Assembly: GCF_006345805.1 (NCBI RefSeq)
Contig: NC_043003.1
Span: 101,990,001 to 102,054,000, forward strand
Length of the DNA stretch: 64,000 nucleotides
Direction: 5' to 3'
From: Octopus sinensis
Lineage: Eukaryota
Shown here: piece by piece, positions 13,185 to 25,764 of the stretch
Position numbering within the stretch: the first letter of the stretch is position 1
Layout of the letters: the number at the start of each line of letters is the position of its first letter
Program-made: the position numbers and the translations under genes
The notes under the pieces: generated by a model
Database searches by the model: none
What the model was told of the DNA's origin: nothing
Seen by the model: the letters and a program-made list of their open reading frames with translations, nothing else

Positions 13185-13400
13185 CTTTTGACATCCATCT
13201 CATAACATCCATCTCATTACCATCTTTTTTACCATCTTTTTACCATTCTTTTAACCATCTTTTTTACCATCTTTTTACCATCTCATTACCATCTATTTAC
13301 CATCTTTTTACCATCTTTTTACCATCTTTTTACCCTCTCATTACCATCTTTTGACATCCATCTCATTATTACCATCTTTCTGTAACTCATATTTACCATC
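13185..13400. repeat. About 11-bp minisatellite (ACCATCTTTTT)n, degenerate
   Basis: Repeated accatcttttt/accatctcatt units seen directly. Confidence 0.9.
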
Positions 13401-13844
13401 CACCATTCTTTGCCCCTGTTCATACTTACCCCTACCCTCTTTCACTCTTTCACACTCTTCCACGCACCCACCCTTCCTGATCTTCTATCCCCACACTCTC
13501 TTCTATTCACCTTTTTGTTCCTTGAGGGCATTCTCTGACACCTTCATCACCACCATTCCTACCAACCCTTATATAATGTGGTGGGGAGTAGGTTGGTTGT
13601 ATGTTTTCTCAACAGAAAGAAACCTGTTCCTACCTCTTCTATTATGCTTTAACTTCTCAGTACCTAATATAAAGAGGCCTACCTCCCTCTGTCTTTTTCT
13701 AATATATGTGGAAAGAAGTTTATTTCCCAACTAGGTTCAGTCCCAACATATAGCACCTTGGGTAAGTACCTACTTTGGCTATGGGCTGACCAAAGTTATC
13801 TGCATGGATTTGGTAGACATAAATTGAAAGAAGTCTGTTATATA

Positions 13845-14009
13845 TGTATTATATATGTATGTATGTATGTATGCATGTATGTATGTATGTATGTATGTAT
13901 GTATGTATGTATGTATGTATGTATGTATGTATGTATGTATGTATGTATGTATGTATGTATGTATGTATGCATGCATGCATGCATGTATGTATGTATGTAT
14001 GTATGTATG

Positions 14010-14040
<31 letters not shown>

Positions 14041-14762
14041 ATATGTATGCATGTATGTATGCATGTATGTATGTATGTATGTATGTATGTATGTATGTAT
14101 GCATGCATGCATGCATGCATGTATGTATGTATGTATGTATGTATGTATGTATGTATGCATGCATGCATGCATGCATGTATGTATGTATGTATGCATGTAT
14201 GTATGCATGCATGTATGTATGTATGTATGCATGCATGCATGTATGTATGTATGTATATATGTATGTATGTATGTATGCATGCATGTATGTATGTATGTAT
14301 GTAGTATGTATGTATGTATGCATGTATGCATGCATGTATGTATGTATGTATGTATGTATGCATGCATATATGTATGTATGTATGTATGCATGCATGCATG
14401 TATGTATGTATGTATGTATGCATGCATGCATGCATCCATGCATGTATGTATGTATGTATGTATATATGTATGCATGTATGTATGCATGCATGTATGCATG
14501 CATGTATGTATGTATGTATGTATGTATGTATGCATGCATGCATGCATGTATGTATGTATGTATGTATGTATGTATGTATGCATGTATGTATGTATGTATG
14601 TATGTATGTATGCATGCATGCATGCATGTATGTATGTATGCATGTATGTATGTATGTATGTATGTATGCATGTATGTATGTATGTATGTATGTATGTATG
14701 CATGCATGCATGCATGTATGTATGTATGTATGTATGCATGTATGTATGTATGTATGTATATA
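13845..14762. repeat. About 915-bp (TATG)n array with interspersed CATG variants
   Basis: Seen directly; follows a decayed family A SINE head at 13690-13845. Confidence 0.97.
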
Positions 14763-14764
14763 GA

Positions 14765-14975
14765 TGTAGGTGTGGCTGTGTGGTAAGAAGCTTGCTTTCC
14801 AACCACATGGCTCCGGGTTCAGTCCTACTGTGTCATACATTTGGAAATAGACAAGAGTTGGTGACAGGAAGAGCATCCAGCCATTGAGAAATCTGCTTCA
14901 ATAAGCTCTGTTAAACTCAAGCAAACAGGGTAAAGTAGACATTAAAATGATGATGATGATGATTACAATGATGAT
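14765..14975 (+). mobile_element. SINE with family A head and RTE-type tail
   Basis: ggtgtggctgtgtggtaagaagcttgc...gggttcagtcc then gacaggaagagcatccagcc...attaaaatgatgatgat. Confidence 0.75.
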
Positions 14976-15269
14976 GATATATACTCCCTCTCATCTTCTG
15001 TTTCTCCTCTTCCTCCTCTGTTTGTAGGGTTCTTTCTCATTGTGTGTGTGTGTGTGTGTGTAGCATTCATCTACTTATTGCCAGTCACCAAACCTAGTAT
15101 GTGCACTTAGATTGCACCTCTTATATTAACTCCCTCTATGTCTCTCTTTTACCATATCTCTTTTGCTATGCAGTGTAAAGAGTGACTGGAGAAATTGATC
15201 AACCAACATTTGTATCAGCTGTTATTATGTAGAGATTTCCTGAATATAGGTATATTTTTTATTTCTATA

Positions 15270-15690
15270 TTTTAATTGTTTCAGTCATTGGACTGCAGCC
15301 ATACTGGAGCACTGCCTTGACGGGTTCAGTCAAACAAACTTAACTTGGAACTTATTTTTAAGTATGGTACATATTCTATTGGTCTCTTTTGCTGAACTGC
15401 TAAGTTAGGGAATGTAAAGAAATCAACATTGGTTGTCAAGCAGTGGTGGAGGGTAAACACAGACACACATGCTCACGTGCACACACACAAACACACACAC
15501 ATGCGCATGCACACACACACACACACACACACATGCTTACTCACATGATGGGCATCAAAACAGTTTCACTCACAAGGTATGGTTGGTTTGGTGCTATAGT
15601 GGAAGACATCTGCCCGAGGTGCCACTCAGTAGGACTGAACCCAAAATCACATGGTTTCAAAATGAGCTTCTTAACCACCTTAACCCTATA
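15270..15690 (-). mobile_element. SINE family A, decayed
   Basis: Reverse complement of head (15590-15690) and 3' module (15270-15460) separated by (CA)n. Confidence 0.75.
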
Positions 15691-15989
15691 GCCATTCCTG
15701 CAATCTAAGAGATTTTTTTTTACTATCAAATTAAAATGGATAGGGAAGAAGGTTATATTTAATAGAGAATTGTAATATCTCTGTAGATGTCCAAGGAAAA
15801 ATTGTTGTTAGCAAGAAAATAAAGAAGGAAAAGAAGATTTATAATTAATACTAAGAGAATTCTATAAATAGAATGAAGTGGAAGAGGGAAGTAATTTGGC
15901 AGTATATGGGGATGGATTTAATCATTTATAGGAATGTGAAAAACTATAGATAGCAATTTTACTTATAAAGAAAAAATATATATAAAATT

Positions 15990-16297
15990 TAAAGTGGCAC
16001 GTAAAAAACCATCCGAATGTGGCCATTGCCAGCGCCACCCTGACTGGCCTCCGTGCCGGTGGAACATAAAAAGCACCAACCGATTGTGGCCATTGCCAAC
16101 CTCACCTGGCACCTGTGCCAGTGGCACATAAAAAGCACCCACTACACTCACGGAGTGGTTGGCGTTAGGAAGGGCATCCACTGCCATCCACTGCCAGATC
16201 AGACTGGGCCTGGTGCAGCCTCCTGGCTTCCCAGACCCCAGTTGAACCGTCCAACCCATGCTAGCATGGAAAGTGGATGTTAAACGATGATGATGAT
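15990..16297 (+). mobile_element. RTE LINE 3' UTR/tail fragment
   Basis: Same tail motif ending ccaacccatgctagcatggaaagtggatgttaaacgatgatgat. Confidence 0.85.
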
Positions 16298-17109
16298 TAA
16301 TGAATAAAGGAAGTTGTACATTACTAAAAATAAAAGATGCCAACGTAAAAATGTATTATAAGTGATAGGTCAGTGTTATTGAGTTAAAAAGATATGTTCC
16401 TGATCTACAAAGTCAGTAGTTTGAGAGGTGTGAGAGAGAGAGGAAGAGAAGAGGAGGAAAAAGATGAATTTAAGAAAAGGAGGAGAAGCAAGAGGAAATT
16501 GGAGTACATAAGAAATAAAAGGAAACATATGGCCATCATATTTATGTTGATATAAGAGCAGTAGTAACAATAGTAGTTCTTTCCAGTTCTGACACAGGGT
16601 CAGCAATTTTGAGAGAAGTTGAATACAATGACCCCTTGTGCTCAACTGGTACTGCCAACTCACTGCCTTAACAACAACAACAACAACAACAACGATAACG
16701 ACGACGGCAACAACAACAACAACAATAATCCTTTCTACTATAGGCACTAGGCCTGAAATTTTGTGGGAGGAGACTAATTGATTATATAGACATCAATTCT
16801 CAACTGGTACTTATTTTATTGACCCCAAAAAGATGAAAGGCGTTGGCGGTCGCAGTGGCACTGGCAGCACTGGTGGTGGCAGCATCTGCAGTGTTGGCGG
16901 CAGTGTCATTGGTTGAATGTGTTGACAGGAGTCAATGGGTTGACACACTACATCAAACTCCAGTGTCTACTTTAGCATGGCTTCTATGGCTGGATGTCCA
17001 TCCTAACACTAACTATTTTACAGAGTCTACTGGTTTCTTTTTGCGGCAGCAGCACTAGTAAGGTTGCCATATAGCTTGCAGGACTAAGATAACCTTTGAC
17101 TAAGTAGAG

Positions 17110-17364
17110 CAGTGGTTCCCAAACTTTTTCAGACTGCCCCCTCCTTGACATCCAGGCCACATTCCTAGCGCCCCCCACCCCAACTAACCATCACAAAGTA
17201 AATTCAAACTGACTGTATTTCACAAATAAAATTTAACCTAATGAGCCCACTATTTTGTTGTTTTACATGAATCGCTACCCCATTATCACCCCACTTTTCT
17301 TCAACACCCTTGGAACTTTCCACTGCCCCTAGTGGGGGTATACTGCCCACTTTGGGAACTACTG
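17110..17364. mobile_element. hAT (Charlie-like) MITE, 255 bp
   Basis: TIRs CAGTGGTTCCCAAA / TTTGGGAACTACTG; perfect 8-bp TSD AAGTAGAG at 17102-17109 and 17365-17372. Confidence 0.92.
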
Positions 17365-17399
17365 AAGTAGAGCCACTGTAAAGCCACAAAGGAGGCAGC

Positions 17400-18300
17400 T
17401 TTGTGCTAAATGATGAAAGATAAGAGCATGAAGGAAGGGACTAGAACTGATTTCTGACTGTAGAAGAGATACCTGGCTGCACATACTACACAAGAGTAAA
17501 TGGGAATAGCCTGGGTGGAGGTTGAAAGAGAGATAAAGTCGGTGGTGATGAGGTGTGAGGGTTAGTCCTGTGGTGGAAAAGCAAGAAGGATGGGAGAATA
17601 GAGGTTATAAGAGAGTAGGGAAAGAGTTAGGGATGATTAGAGATGGAGTAGTAGCATGAATTTACTGAATGATGAACAAGGGTTGAGTGGTGATAATAAA
17701 TGGGGTTGATGGTAAATATGAGTTGGATGGAAGGAAGGGGAGAGCAGATATTACAAATACTGGGAAGAGTGTAAGGATGAGTGAAGTGAATGATGAAGAG
17801 GTGATCAATGTTACATAAAAGTTAGAAGGTTGGGGAGAATGGGTGCTGACTGGTAGTACAGAAAGGTGAAGCACATCAGAATAATAATAATATTCATTCA
17901 ATAGGTAAGAGAAGGATGAGAGAATGAGAAATAAAAAATGGGTGGTTAGGTTACAAGTGTGAGTGGAGAGAAAGACATAGAGCATAAACAGAATGAGAAA
18001 TGTATGGTTATATGGAGAAGTCAACAGGAAGTGATTTGGTGTAAAAGGAGTAATTTGGTATCATAGAAGAGTGGGGTGATCAATGTAAAATGTGAATGGA
18101 AATGGACAATGTTAAGAATTAAGGATGGATATGAAGTGAAGGGATTTAGGTTAGTGAGATAGATAACTGATATCACAGAAAAAATTAAGTATGTAGTTCT
18201 ATTCTCATTTGATTACAACAGCAGAATACTGCAGTTGGGTAAGTGATGGAGAGATCAGTAATAGAGAAAAGAGTAGGTGGAGGAGTAGATTTGATGAGGA
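17400..18300 (-). mobile_element. Highly decayed Penelope-like RT remnant
   Basis: Strand-biased (purine-rich plus strand); only scattered motif traces on minus (IDD-like, HP.LIFT-like, HP..AIP). Weak. Confidence 0.3.
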
Positions 18301-18419
18301 AATCTAGCAAGGGGCTCAGTTGTGCATATAGAGCCCCTTGCTAAATTTCCTCATGAAACTTTCAGAATCACAGTTTCTCTGAGATGGGTAAATCTTCTTG
18401 AACCTTTGTAATTTTCTCC

Positions 18420-19130
18420 ATGAGATTCAAACTCCTGAGATCAGCCTTCACTATTTGTTCTATTTTTCTCTGGATTTCCCTCTTCCTCAAGTTCCATCCA
18501 CCTTAAGAAATCAGAATTTCTTTATGCAGTTGTCCATATCTATACACATAACATGACCATACCTGTGCAGTCTTCCCTCTTGAACACTACATCTAATTTC
18601 CTTTTTCTCTGGTTTTTCTTTCAACACATTTCTACTTTGTCATTCATGCATACTTATATAATAATGAAATTATTGTATACAGTGCTCAGGTGCACCACAA
18701 CTTGTCAAAACTGCATATAAAGCATATGCAGTAATGTACAGATGTCTGGAAAGCAAACAGTGTATGAGTCAGATACATGCTTGTGTGTGTATGGAAGGGA
18801 GAAAATCAGGTGTAGTGTTGACGAATCTCAGGAAGCATGGAAGTTTTGAAGGATGCAGTGTTCCGACAACTAACAACTGATGCCGACAGTTATGTTGCCC
18901 ATCCATTGGAGCATGCTGCCTTCACTTCTTTCTAGCTTTTGCATGCCCTCTGCTTTCATGACCCATGTCTCAATACCATGTAGCATTGTTGTATCATACA
19001 CAGGTATCATACAATGTGCCTTTCACTCTGAGAGAAAGGTCTTTTGTTGCCAACATAGGTAACAGCTCTCTGAACTTTCTACAGCTTGTCCTTATTCTAG
19101 CATCTATACTTTCAGAACAACCTCTTCCGA
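18420..19130 (-). mobile_element. Decayed RTE ORF fragments (18420-18640 and 18890-19130)
   Basis: Minus translations resemble IRCSVQEGRLHRYGHV and FRELLPML.TK.LSLRVKG.LYD. Confidence 0.7.
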
Positions 19131-19294
19131 TGCTAGTTTAGTCGTTAAATATATTAATATACCTTCTATTTCATGTATTGAGTGCCTTACTTCAGTTATA
19201 ACTTCCTCCGTTTCTAATAGAATTTCCCTATCCATCAATCTACCTATGTGTAAGTGTGTGTGTGTGCATACGTGTTTATTTTGTATATATGTGT

Positions 19295-19972
19295 CATTGT
19301 CATCATCATCATCTTTTCAAATCTGTTCTCCATGCTGGTATGTGTAGGATGGTTCAACAGAAGTTGGTCAGCTGGAGAGCTGCCTAGCTCCATTTGTCTG
19401 TTTTGGAAATGTTTCTAATGCCAACTGCTTTACCTAATTTTAACATGGCACCAATGCAGGTGGTTTTATGCAGCACAGGCACAGGTGCTTATATGTGACA
19501 CAGGCTTGAATGCTTTTATGTGACACTGGCGTCCATGAGCCCACAAAATTAGGATTTCTCAGATGAGAGGGGAATGTAGAGGACATGACTGAGTGTATGG
19601 ATGGCTGCAAATTTACTTAGCTTGATGTATCTTCTCAAGCACTGCAAACCGCCAGAAGTATTGGTCCTTTGTCAACTCCTCTTTGAGGCTCAGTGTCTGA
19701 AAATCCTTCCTCACCACTTCATCTCACATCTTCCTGGGTCTACCCCTTCCACATGTTCCCTCCATGATTAGAGATTGGCGCTTCTTGATGCAGCTGTCCT
19801 CATTCATATGCATCACATGACCATGCCAGCACAGTCACTTTCACTTTGCCATACATGCACACTGACATTACTCATCTGGCAGAGCATGCTGGCTTCATTT
19901 CTTTCAAGCCTTCACATGTCCTCAGTAGTCACAATCCATGTCTTACTATGTAATATAGCTGTTCGTACGCAC
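19295..19972 (-). mobile_element. RTE LINE 3' end
   Basis: (cat)n tail at about 19295, ORF C-terminus reverse-complementary to 37740-38110. Confidence 0.8.
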
Positions 19973-20007
<35 letters not shown>

Positions 20008-20730
20008 TGCACGCACACACACATATACAATAATAAAGGGTATGTCAGTATTTTGAAAATATATCATGAGGTGATGACCTTGTCCTGCATAGTTATGGAT
20101 AGCCCGTTGGCAAGGTATAGCACCCATTCAGCCACTCTGCCAGGGATATGGCAAAGTCATGGACCTGCAGCATGGTGGATTGTGAAGAGATAGTGGAAGA
20201 GCTCAACTGAGCCAATGGTGCTTCTTATAGTGATGCTGAACGGAGGAATCCTAGATCAACAGTCAGAATCAACAAGCTCTACTAAGAGGGTAACTGCAAC
20301 GCATCCATAGCGGTGGTGCTGTATCCTCCATCTCCAAATGCTGTGGTACCACCATGATATTGTGATGGAGGGTTTAGATACACTGTACCAGGGCAGTAAC
20401 AGTAAACAAGATAATGATGTAGTCATAATAACAACATAACTATCCAACAATCTCTTTACAAACCAACAATCAATATTCCAAACAAACTAACCAGCTTCAC
20501 TGGGAATTCAACTCAAACTAACTCACAAAACTTTACTCTGAATACTACTATCTATAATCACTCAATCCAGTCTATTTCCTGCAAGGAGGCATTGTGACTC
20601 TCATCATCCATGGGTGTGTAATCAGCTAATGAAATTCAAATTCATAATAATGGAATTGGATAGCAACAGAGAGTTATGGGTATCTGAAAGCAATGTGACC
20701 ATGAAGATATAAGTTCAAGATTGGACTTAT

Positions 20731-20957
20731 GGTGGCGAGCCGGTAGAAACGTTAACACACCAGGCGATATGCGTAGCCATATTTCATCTGTCGTTACATT
20801 CCGAGTTCAAATTCCGCTGAGGTCGACTTTGCTTTTCATCCTTTCAGGGTCCATAAATTAAGTACCAGTTACGCACTGGGGTCAATGTAATTGACTTAAT
20901 CCGTTTGTCTGTCCTTGTTTGTCCCCTCTGTGTTTAGCCCCTTATGGGTAGTAAAGA
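20731..20957 (+). mobile_element. SINE family B
   Basis: ggtggcgagccggtagaaacgttaac...ccgagttcaaattccgctgaggtcgac; near-identical to 5291-5520. Confidence 0.88.
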
Positions 20958-21612
20958 TTGGAAGTGGTAGTAATACATTTATTTTTTGATATGCATACAT
21001 AAGCCGAATCTACCAACGAGCTCCACATACAAGAGTCAAGAGTTTAAAGTATACTGTATCTGAAATGTAAAATGGGATGGCCATAGCTGGAATGCTTTTG
21101 ATCATTGTAATGTAATATCTGTTCAGTCAGTGTTGACCTGAAGCTTGTAATTAGCAGTATCAGTAGTGGTATTCTGAAATTACATCCCATATTCTTAAAA
21201 AATGGAAGAACACATTTAATAATGCATTTCTAGTTCCTATCTGAAAATAAGATGGAATGGTCAGGGTTGGAACACCTGTCATCTTAGGCTTATTGGTCAA
21301 GACTGACCTGGGACAAAACAATAACAACAGCCCTTTGATTATCCAAAGCAACACAGATTAACATGGCAGTTATGCTTTTTAGCTCATTGTCACAGGTATT
21401 TTTTTTTGGTCTTAGAAAACCCAGAGGGAGCCACTAAATAGTCACTTGATCTGCTAGAAATAGCAGCCAAATCTCTCTCATACCACACACACTTCCACCC
21501 TAAAAAAGGACCTATAAGATAATAATGTCAGGCTCGATAATAGGATAATAATACCTGGTACAAAAAAAATTCTGATGGTTATAATTGGAATGTGTTATGT
21601 ATAATTGGAATT

Positions 21613-22430
21613 GGATGAAGTGGTGAAGCATGACCTTTGAACTTTGGGCCTCACCGAGGAAATGACTAGTGACCGAGACTTTTGGAAATATGCCGTGCGT
21701 GAGAAGACCCGGCAAGCCAAATGAGACCATAATCTCATGGCCTATGCCAGGGGCGTTACCAGCCCACTTATGCGCACCTTTTCCTTCTTTGCACACTAAA
21801 ACTCTGCTTGCATAGCTATTGAGTATGAAGTTTGCTTCCTAACTACCTCTCAAGGCAAGTGAAATCAATCAAAAATCAAAAATCAAAACCAAATTCGATG
21901 ACTGGCGTCCGTGCTAGTGGGGTGCAAAGAGCACCATACGAGTGTGATCATTGACAGAGTGGCTAACTGGCTTCTGTGCCAGTGGCACTGAAAAGACACC
22001 ATTCGAGTATGATCGTTACCAGCATCGCATTACTGGCACTCGAGCCCTGTGCTAGTAGGGTATTATAAGCACCATTCGAGCGTGATCATTGCCAGAGCGG
22101 CTATCTGGCCTCCGTGCCAGTGGCACATAAAAGACACCATTTGAGCATGATCATTACCAGCATCGCCTTACTGGCACCCGTGCTGGTGGCATGTGTAAAA
22201 GATTCAAGCAAGGTCATTGCCAGTGCAGCCTGACTGGCCCCATGCTGGTGGTACGTAAAAGCACCCACTACACTCTCGGAGTGGTTGGCGTTAGGAAGGG
22301 CATCCAGCTGTAGAAACTCTGCCAGATCAAGATTGAAGCCTGGTGCAGCCATCTGGTTTGCCAGCCCTCAGTCATACGTCCAACCCATGTGGGCATCGAA
22401 AGCGGACGTTAAATGATGATGATGATGATG
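21613..22430 (+). mobile_element. RTE LINE 3' end with tandem hairpin array in the 3' UTR
   Basis: ORF end DEVVKHDL.TLGLTEEMTSDRDFWKYAVREKTRQ, about six 60-65 nt units at 21900-22262, (gat)n tail. Confidence 0.88.
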
Positions 22431-23444
22431 TTTGACTACAGGTGAGCTCAACCAAAGGACTGACTTTGGGTAAAACAGAGGATGGTTGCTTCTCAATTTT
22501 CAAGGATATATTTTTTAAGTGAACAATGTCTACAAGCAAAGACATTTATTATTAGATATCTTTTGCTAAGTTTCTCTCCATAAAAGTTTATTTGTTTGTT
22601 ACTATAATTATTCATATGTATTTTTTCAATTCTCATAATAGACCACATAATATAGATTAATTTATAATACAATAAAACTTGCTCAGTATTCTAGTTGGGT
22701 CATTGAAAGTAAGAGGATGGGAATGGTCACAGGGTATCTTTGTGAAGAATGAAAGAAGGTAATGATGAGGTCAGGCTAAATGTGACTGAGTGCAGGAGTT
22801 CTGAGTCCTGTACACATATGAACTGGGAAGAAGGGTGAGGGTGGAGGGTGAAGCTGCTATTTCTATTTTATTTTATTTTTATATTTTTAAATCCTATTGT
22901 TTTGCAAACAAGGATGCCACCATGCTCAACGCCATCAGATATAGCAATGTGCTGAGACCCATAATCCTCTCACCCACCAAATTTCAAAATTTTATTTTTC
23001 AGTTAGGAAATTTGTAGCATTTTATTGAAGAAACAAGACACACACACACACACACACACACACGCAAAAGAAATTAATAAAATTATTTACTTTGCTTATG
23101 TCATATGTGAAAACATCAGTTTTCAACTAACCACTGAAACTAAGTAACATTGAGTCTAATTAAAATTAAGATGTTTGGGAAAAATGGGTGCAATAAGCAA
23201 AACCATTAATGGCCACACCTGGTAGGAAATGGGTAAAAAAGTAAAAGTGTATGATCAATTGAAAGTCTATATTATTGAGGGCTGTTACTTTCAATGCACA
23301 CACAAGATAGCAAACTGCTGCTCAGCATTTAACCTGGCATGCCAATGATTCAGCCAACCTTAATAATAATAATGATAATAATAATAATAATAATAATAAT
23401 GATAATAATAATTATAATAATAATAATAATAATAATAATGATAA

Positions 23445-23839
23445 CCTGAAGACTAAAACAATACCTGTTGTCATAGGTGCCCTGGGAATGATAGCAAAAG
23501 GGGCTGATTGCTACCTAACTCAGATACCAGGAAACCCCAAAATGGCAGAGATTCAAAAGATAGTGCTCATGGGAACTGCTCATATCCTACGCAAAATACT
23601 TTCTATGTAATCTCAAGGTTTAAAACAAACATAATTTTTGTATGTTTTTTTTAGACATTCACTAGTATAACACTATGTACAAAACCAAATATATGGCACG
23701 TTAGGGTTAGGGTTAGGGTTAGGGTTAAGGGTTAGGGTTAGGCATAACACCAACACGAACTTCCAACTTGTTGTCTCTTGAGGTTTCTGGGTGAGACTTG
23801 GAGCCAGTTTGTGTAAATGTAAAGAAAAAGTCAAACATA

Positions 23840-23840
<1 letters not shown>
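23445..23840 (+). mobile_element. Dong/R4-clade non-LTR retrotransposon, short 3' fragment, copy 1
   Basis: LKTKTIPVVIGALGMIAKG...GTAHILRKILSM* plus 3' UTR; (AAT)n on both sides; near-identical to the end of copy 2. Confidence 0.9.
23701..23742 (+). repeat. Interstitial telomeric repeat, about 7 TTAGGG units
   Basis: (TTAGGG)4 TTAAGGG TTAGGG TTAGG seen directly. Confidence 0.95.
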
Positions 23841-23907
<67 letters not shown>

Positions 23908-23908
<1 letters not shown>

Positions 23909-24681
23909 CCAAATACCCAAAGAGAGCAAATAATGCAGATGTTGACAAAGCCCTGACCCATCAATGGCTAATGGCCTCTGGCTTAAAATCTGAAACAGAG
24001 GGGTTTATCATAGCAGCTCAAGATCAATGCCTACCAACAAGAAACTACCAGGCCAACATATTAAAGATCAGAAGCAGTCCAACGTGTCGTGTATGCAAGC
24101 AACAAAATGAAACCATTGACCATGTGGTCTCCAAGTGCAGTCTTCTAGCACCTACAGAATATCTCAACAGGCACGATAGAGCTGCACAATATATTCACTG
24201 GGTAATCTGTAAAAACCTGGATTTGCCCCATGAAAAAAACTGGTGGGAACACAAACCACCCCCAGTACTTGAAAATGACCACATCTCACTCCTCTGGAAC
24301 TTCGCCATTCAAACTGACAGAAAGATAGATGCAAATAGGCCAGACATCATATTGAAAGACTTCAAACAAAGAACATGCCTCCTCATTGATATGACTGTCC
24401 CAATCGATATAAACGTATCTGTCAAGACCTACCAAAAACTGAGCAAATATAAAGATCTTGAAATAGAAATCAGCAAAATGTGGAAGCTGAAGACTAAAAC
24501 AATACCTGTTGTCATAGGTGCCCTGGGAATGATAGCAAAAGGGGCAGATAGCTACCTAACTCAGATACCAGGAAACCCAAAAATGGCAGAAATTCAAAAG
24601 ATAGTGCTCATGGGAACTGCTCATATCCTACGCAAAATACTTTCTATGTAATCTCAAGGTTTAAAACAAACATAATTTTCG

Positions 24682-24713
<32 letters not shown>

Positions 24714-24872
24714 TATTTTTTTTAGACATTCATTAGTACAACACCCCACCCCCCAAATATATGGCACACTAGGCATAACAACAACATGAACTTCCAACCC
24801 TGTTGTCTCTTGAGGTCTCTGGGTGAGACTTGGAGCCAACTTGTACAAATATAAAGCAAAAGTCAAACATAG
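23908..24872 (+). mobile_element. Dong/R4-clade non-LTR retrotransposon, 5'-truncated copy 2 (open frame 23908-24651: CCHC knuckle plus restriction-like endonuclease)
   Basis: ETEGFIIAAQDQ, CRVC...ETIDHVVSKC, RHD, NRPDIIL..K...LIDMTVP, KLSKYKDL; flanked by (AAT)n, the known target type of Dong elements. Confidence 0.92.
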
Positions 24873-24901
24873 AATAATAATAATAATAATAATAATAATA
24901 A

Positions 24902-25069
24902 ACACATATAACATACAGAACATTGCACTACTAGGCACTGCACACATCCTACGCAGAACACTTTCCATACAATAACCATCAGAGCATCACAACAAATCAC
25001 AGCACATACCCAAGGCACACAGAGCTGCGCTCGGTAGTGAAGTGAAAGCACACTATAAAAATAAAACTA

Positions 25070-25072
<3 letters not shown>
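24902..25072 (+). mobile_element. Second Dong/R4 subfamily 3' end, copy 3
   Basis: IYNIQNIALLGTAHILRRTLSIQ* with a different 3' UTR; (AAT)n on both sides. Confidence 0.8.
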
Positions 25073-25116
<44 letters not shown>

Positions 25117-25764
25117 CAACAGCTTTTGATTTTGGCACAAGGCTAGTCAGGTTGAGGGAGGGGACTTGTTGATTACATAACCCCCAGTACTTGACTGGTA
25201 CTCATTTCATTGATCAAAGAGGGATAAAAAGATAAGTTGACTTCAGCAAGACATAGACTCAGAATGAATGAGTAACACAAAATACCAGAAAGCATTTTGT
25301 GTGACACTCAGACAATTCTACCATAATAATAATTGAACAAAAGAAAAAAAAAAAGAGAAGTCAAGCAAAAAGCAAAAGAGGCCTAATGACTAAAATGAAA
25401 TATTTCTATGCAATGATAGCCAAAACTTCCTTCCAAAAATTCTTCAGTATTTTGTGTCTTTGGTGTGTAAACCGACACTTGAAATCTGTGTTATGAAGTG
25501 GTGGGGAAATAGTTGCAGTAAAATTAAACTTATTTCGTGGGGTGGGGAGGAGAGAAAACTAGGTAATTTTGGACTTGAATGTTAATGGGTCAGCTAAATT
25601 CAACAGAGACTTAATCACTTTAGACAATTGTCTCTAATTAATTTTTGGCTCCAGTGCCAAGAACTTTCATCTATATATAAATAAATGTCTGTACATTTGT
25701 CTTTTGATATTATCTCTTTCTGTCTCTCCTGATATATATATATATATATATATATTATATTCTT

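Noticed and set aside
20100-20600. Possible LTR retrotransposon PBS/gag start on minus
   Set aside because: Only faint similarity (VAV.L, tggtacc); no LTR pair or convincing motif.
21900-22262. CRISPR-like repeat/spacer appearance
   Set aside because: Units are diverged along their whole length, lie in an RTE 3' UTR, and there are no cas genes; context is eukaryotic.
23791-23907. N-terminal extension of the 286-aa ORF (MRLGASL...poly-Ile)
   Set aside because: It is read-through of copy 1's 3' UTR and an (AAT)n tract; the real coding part starts at the 5' truncation near 23908.
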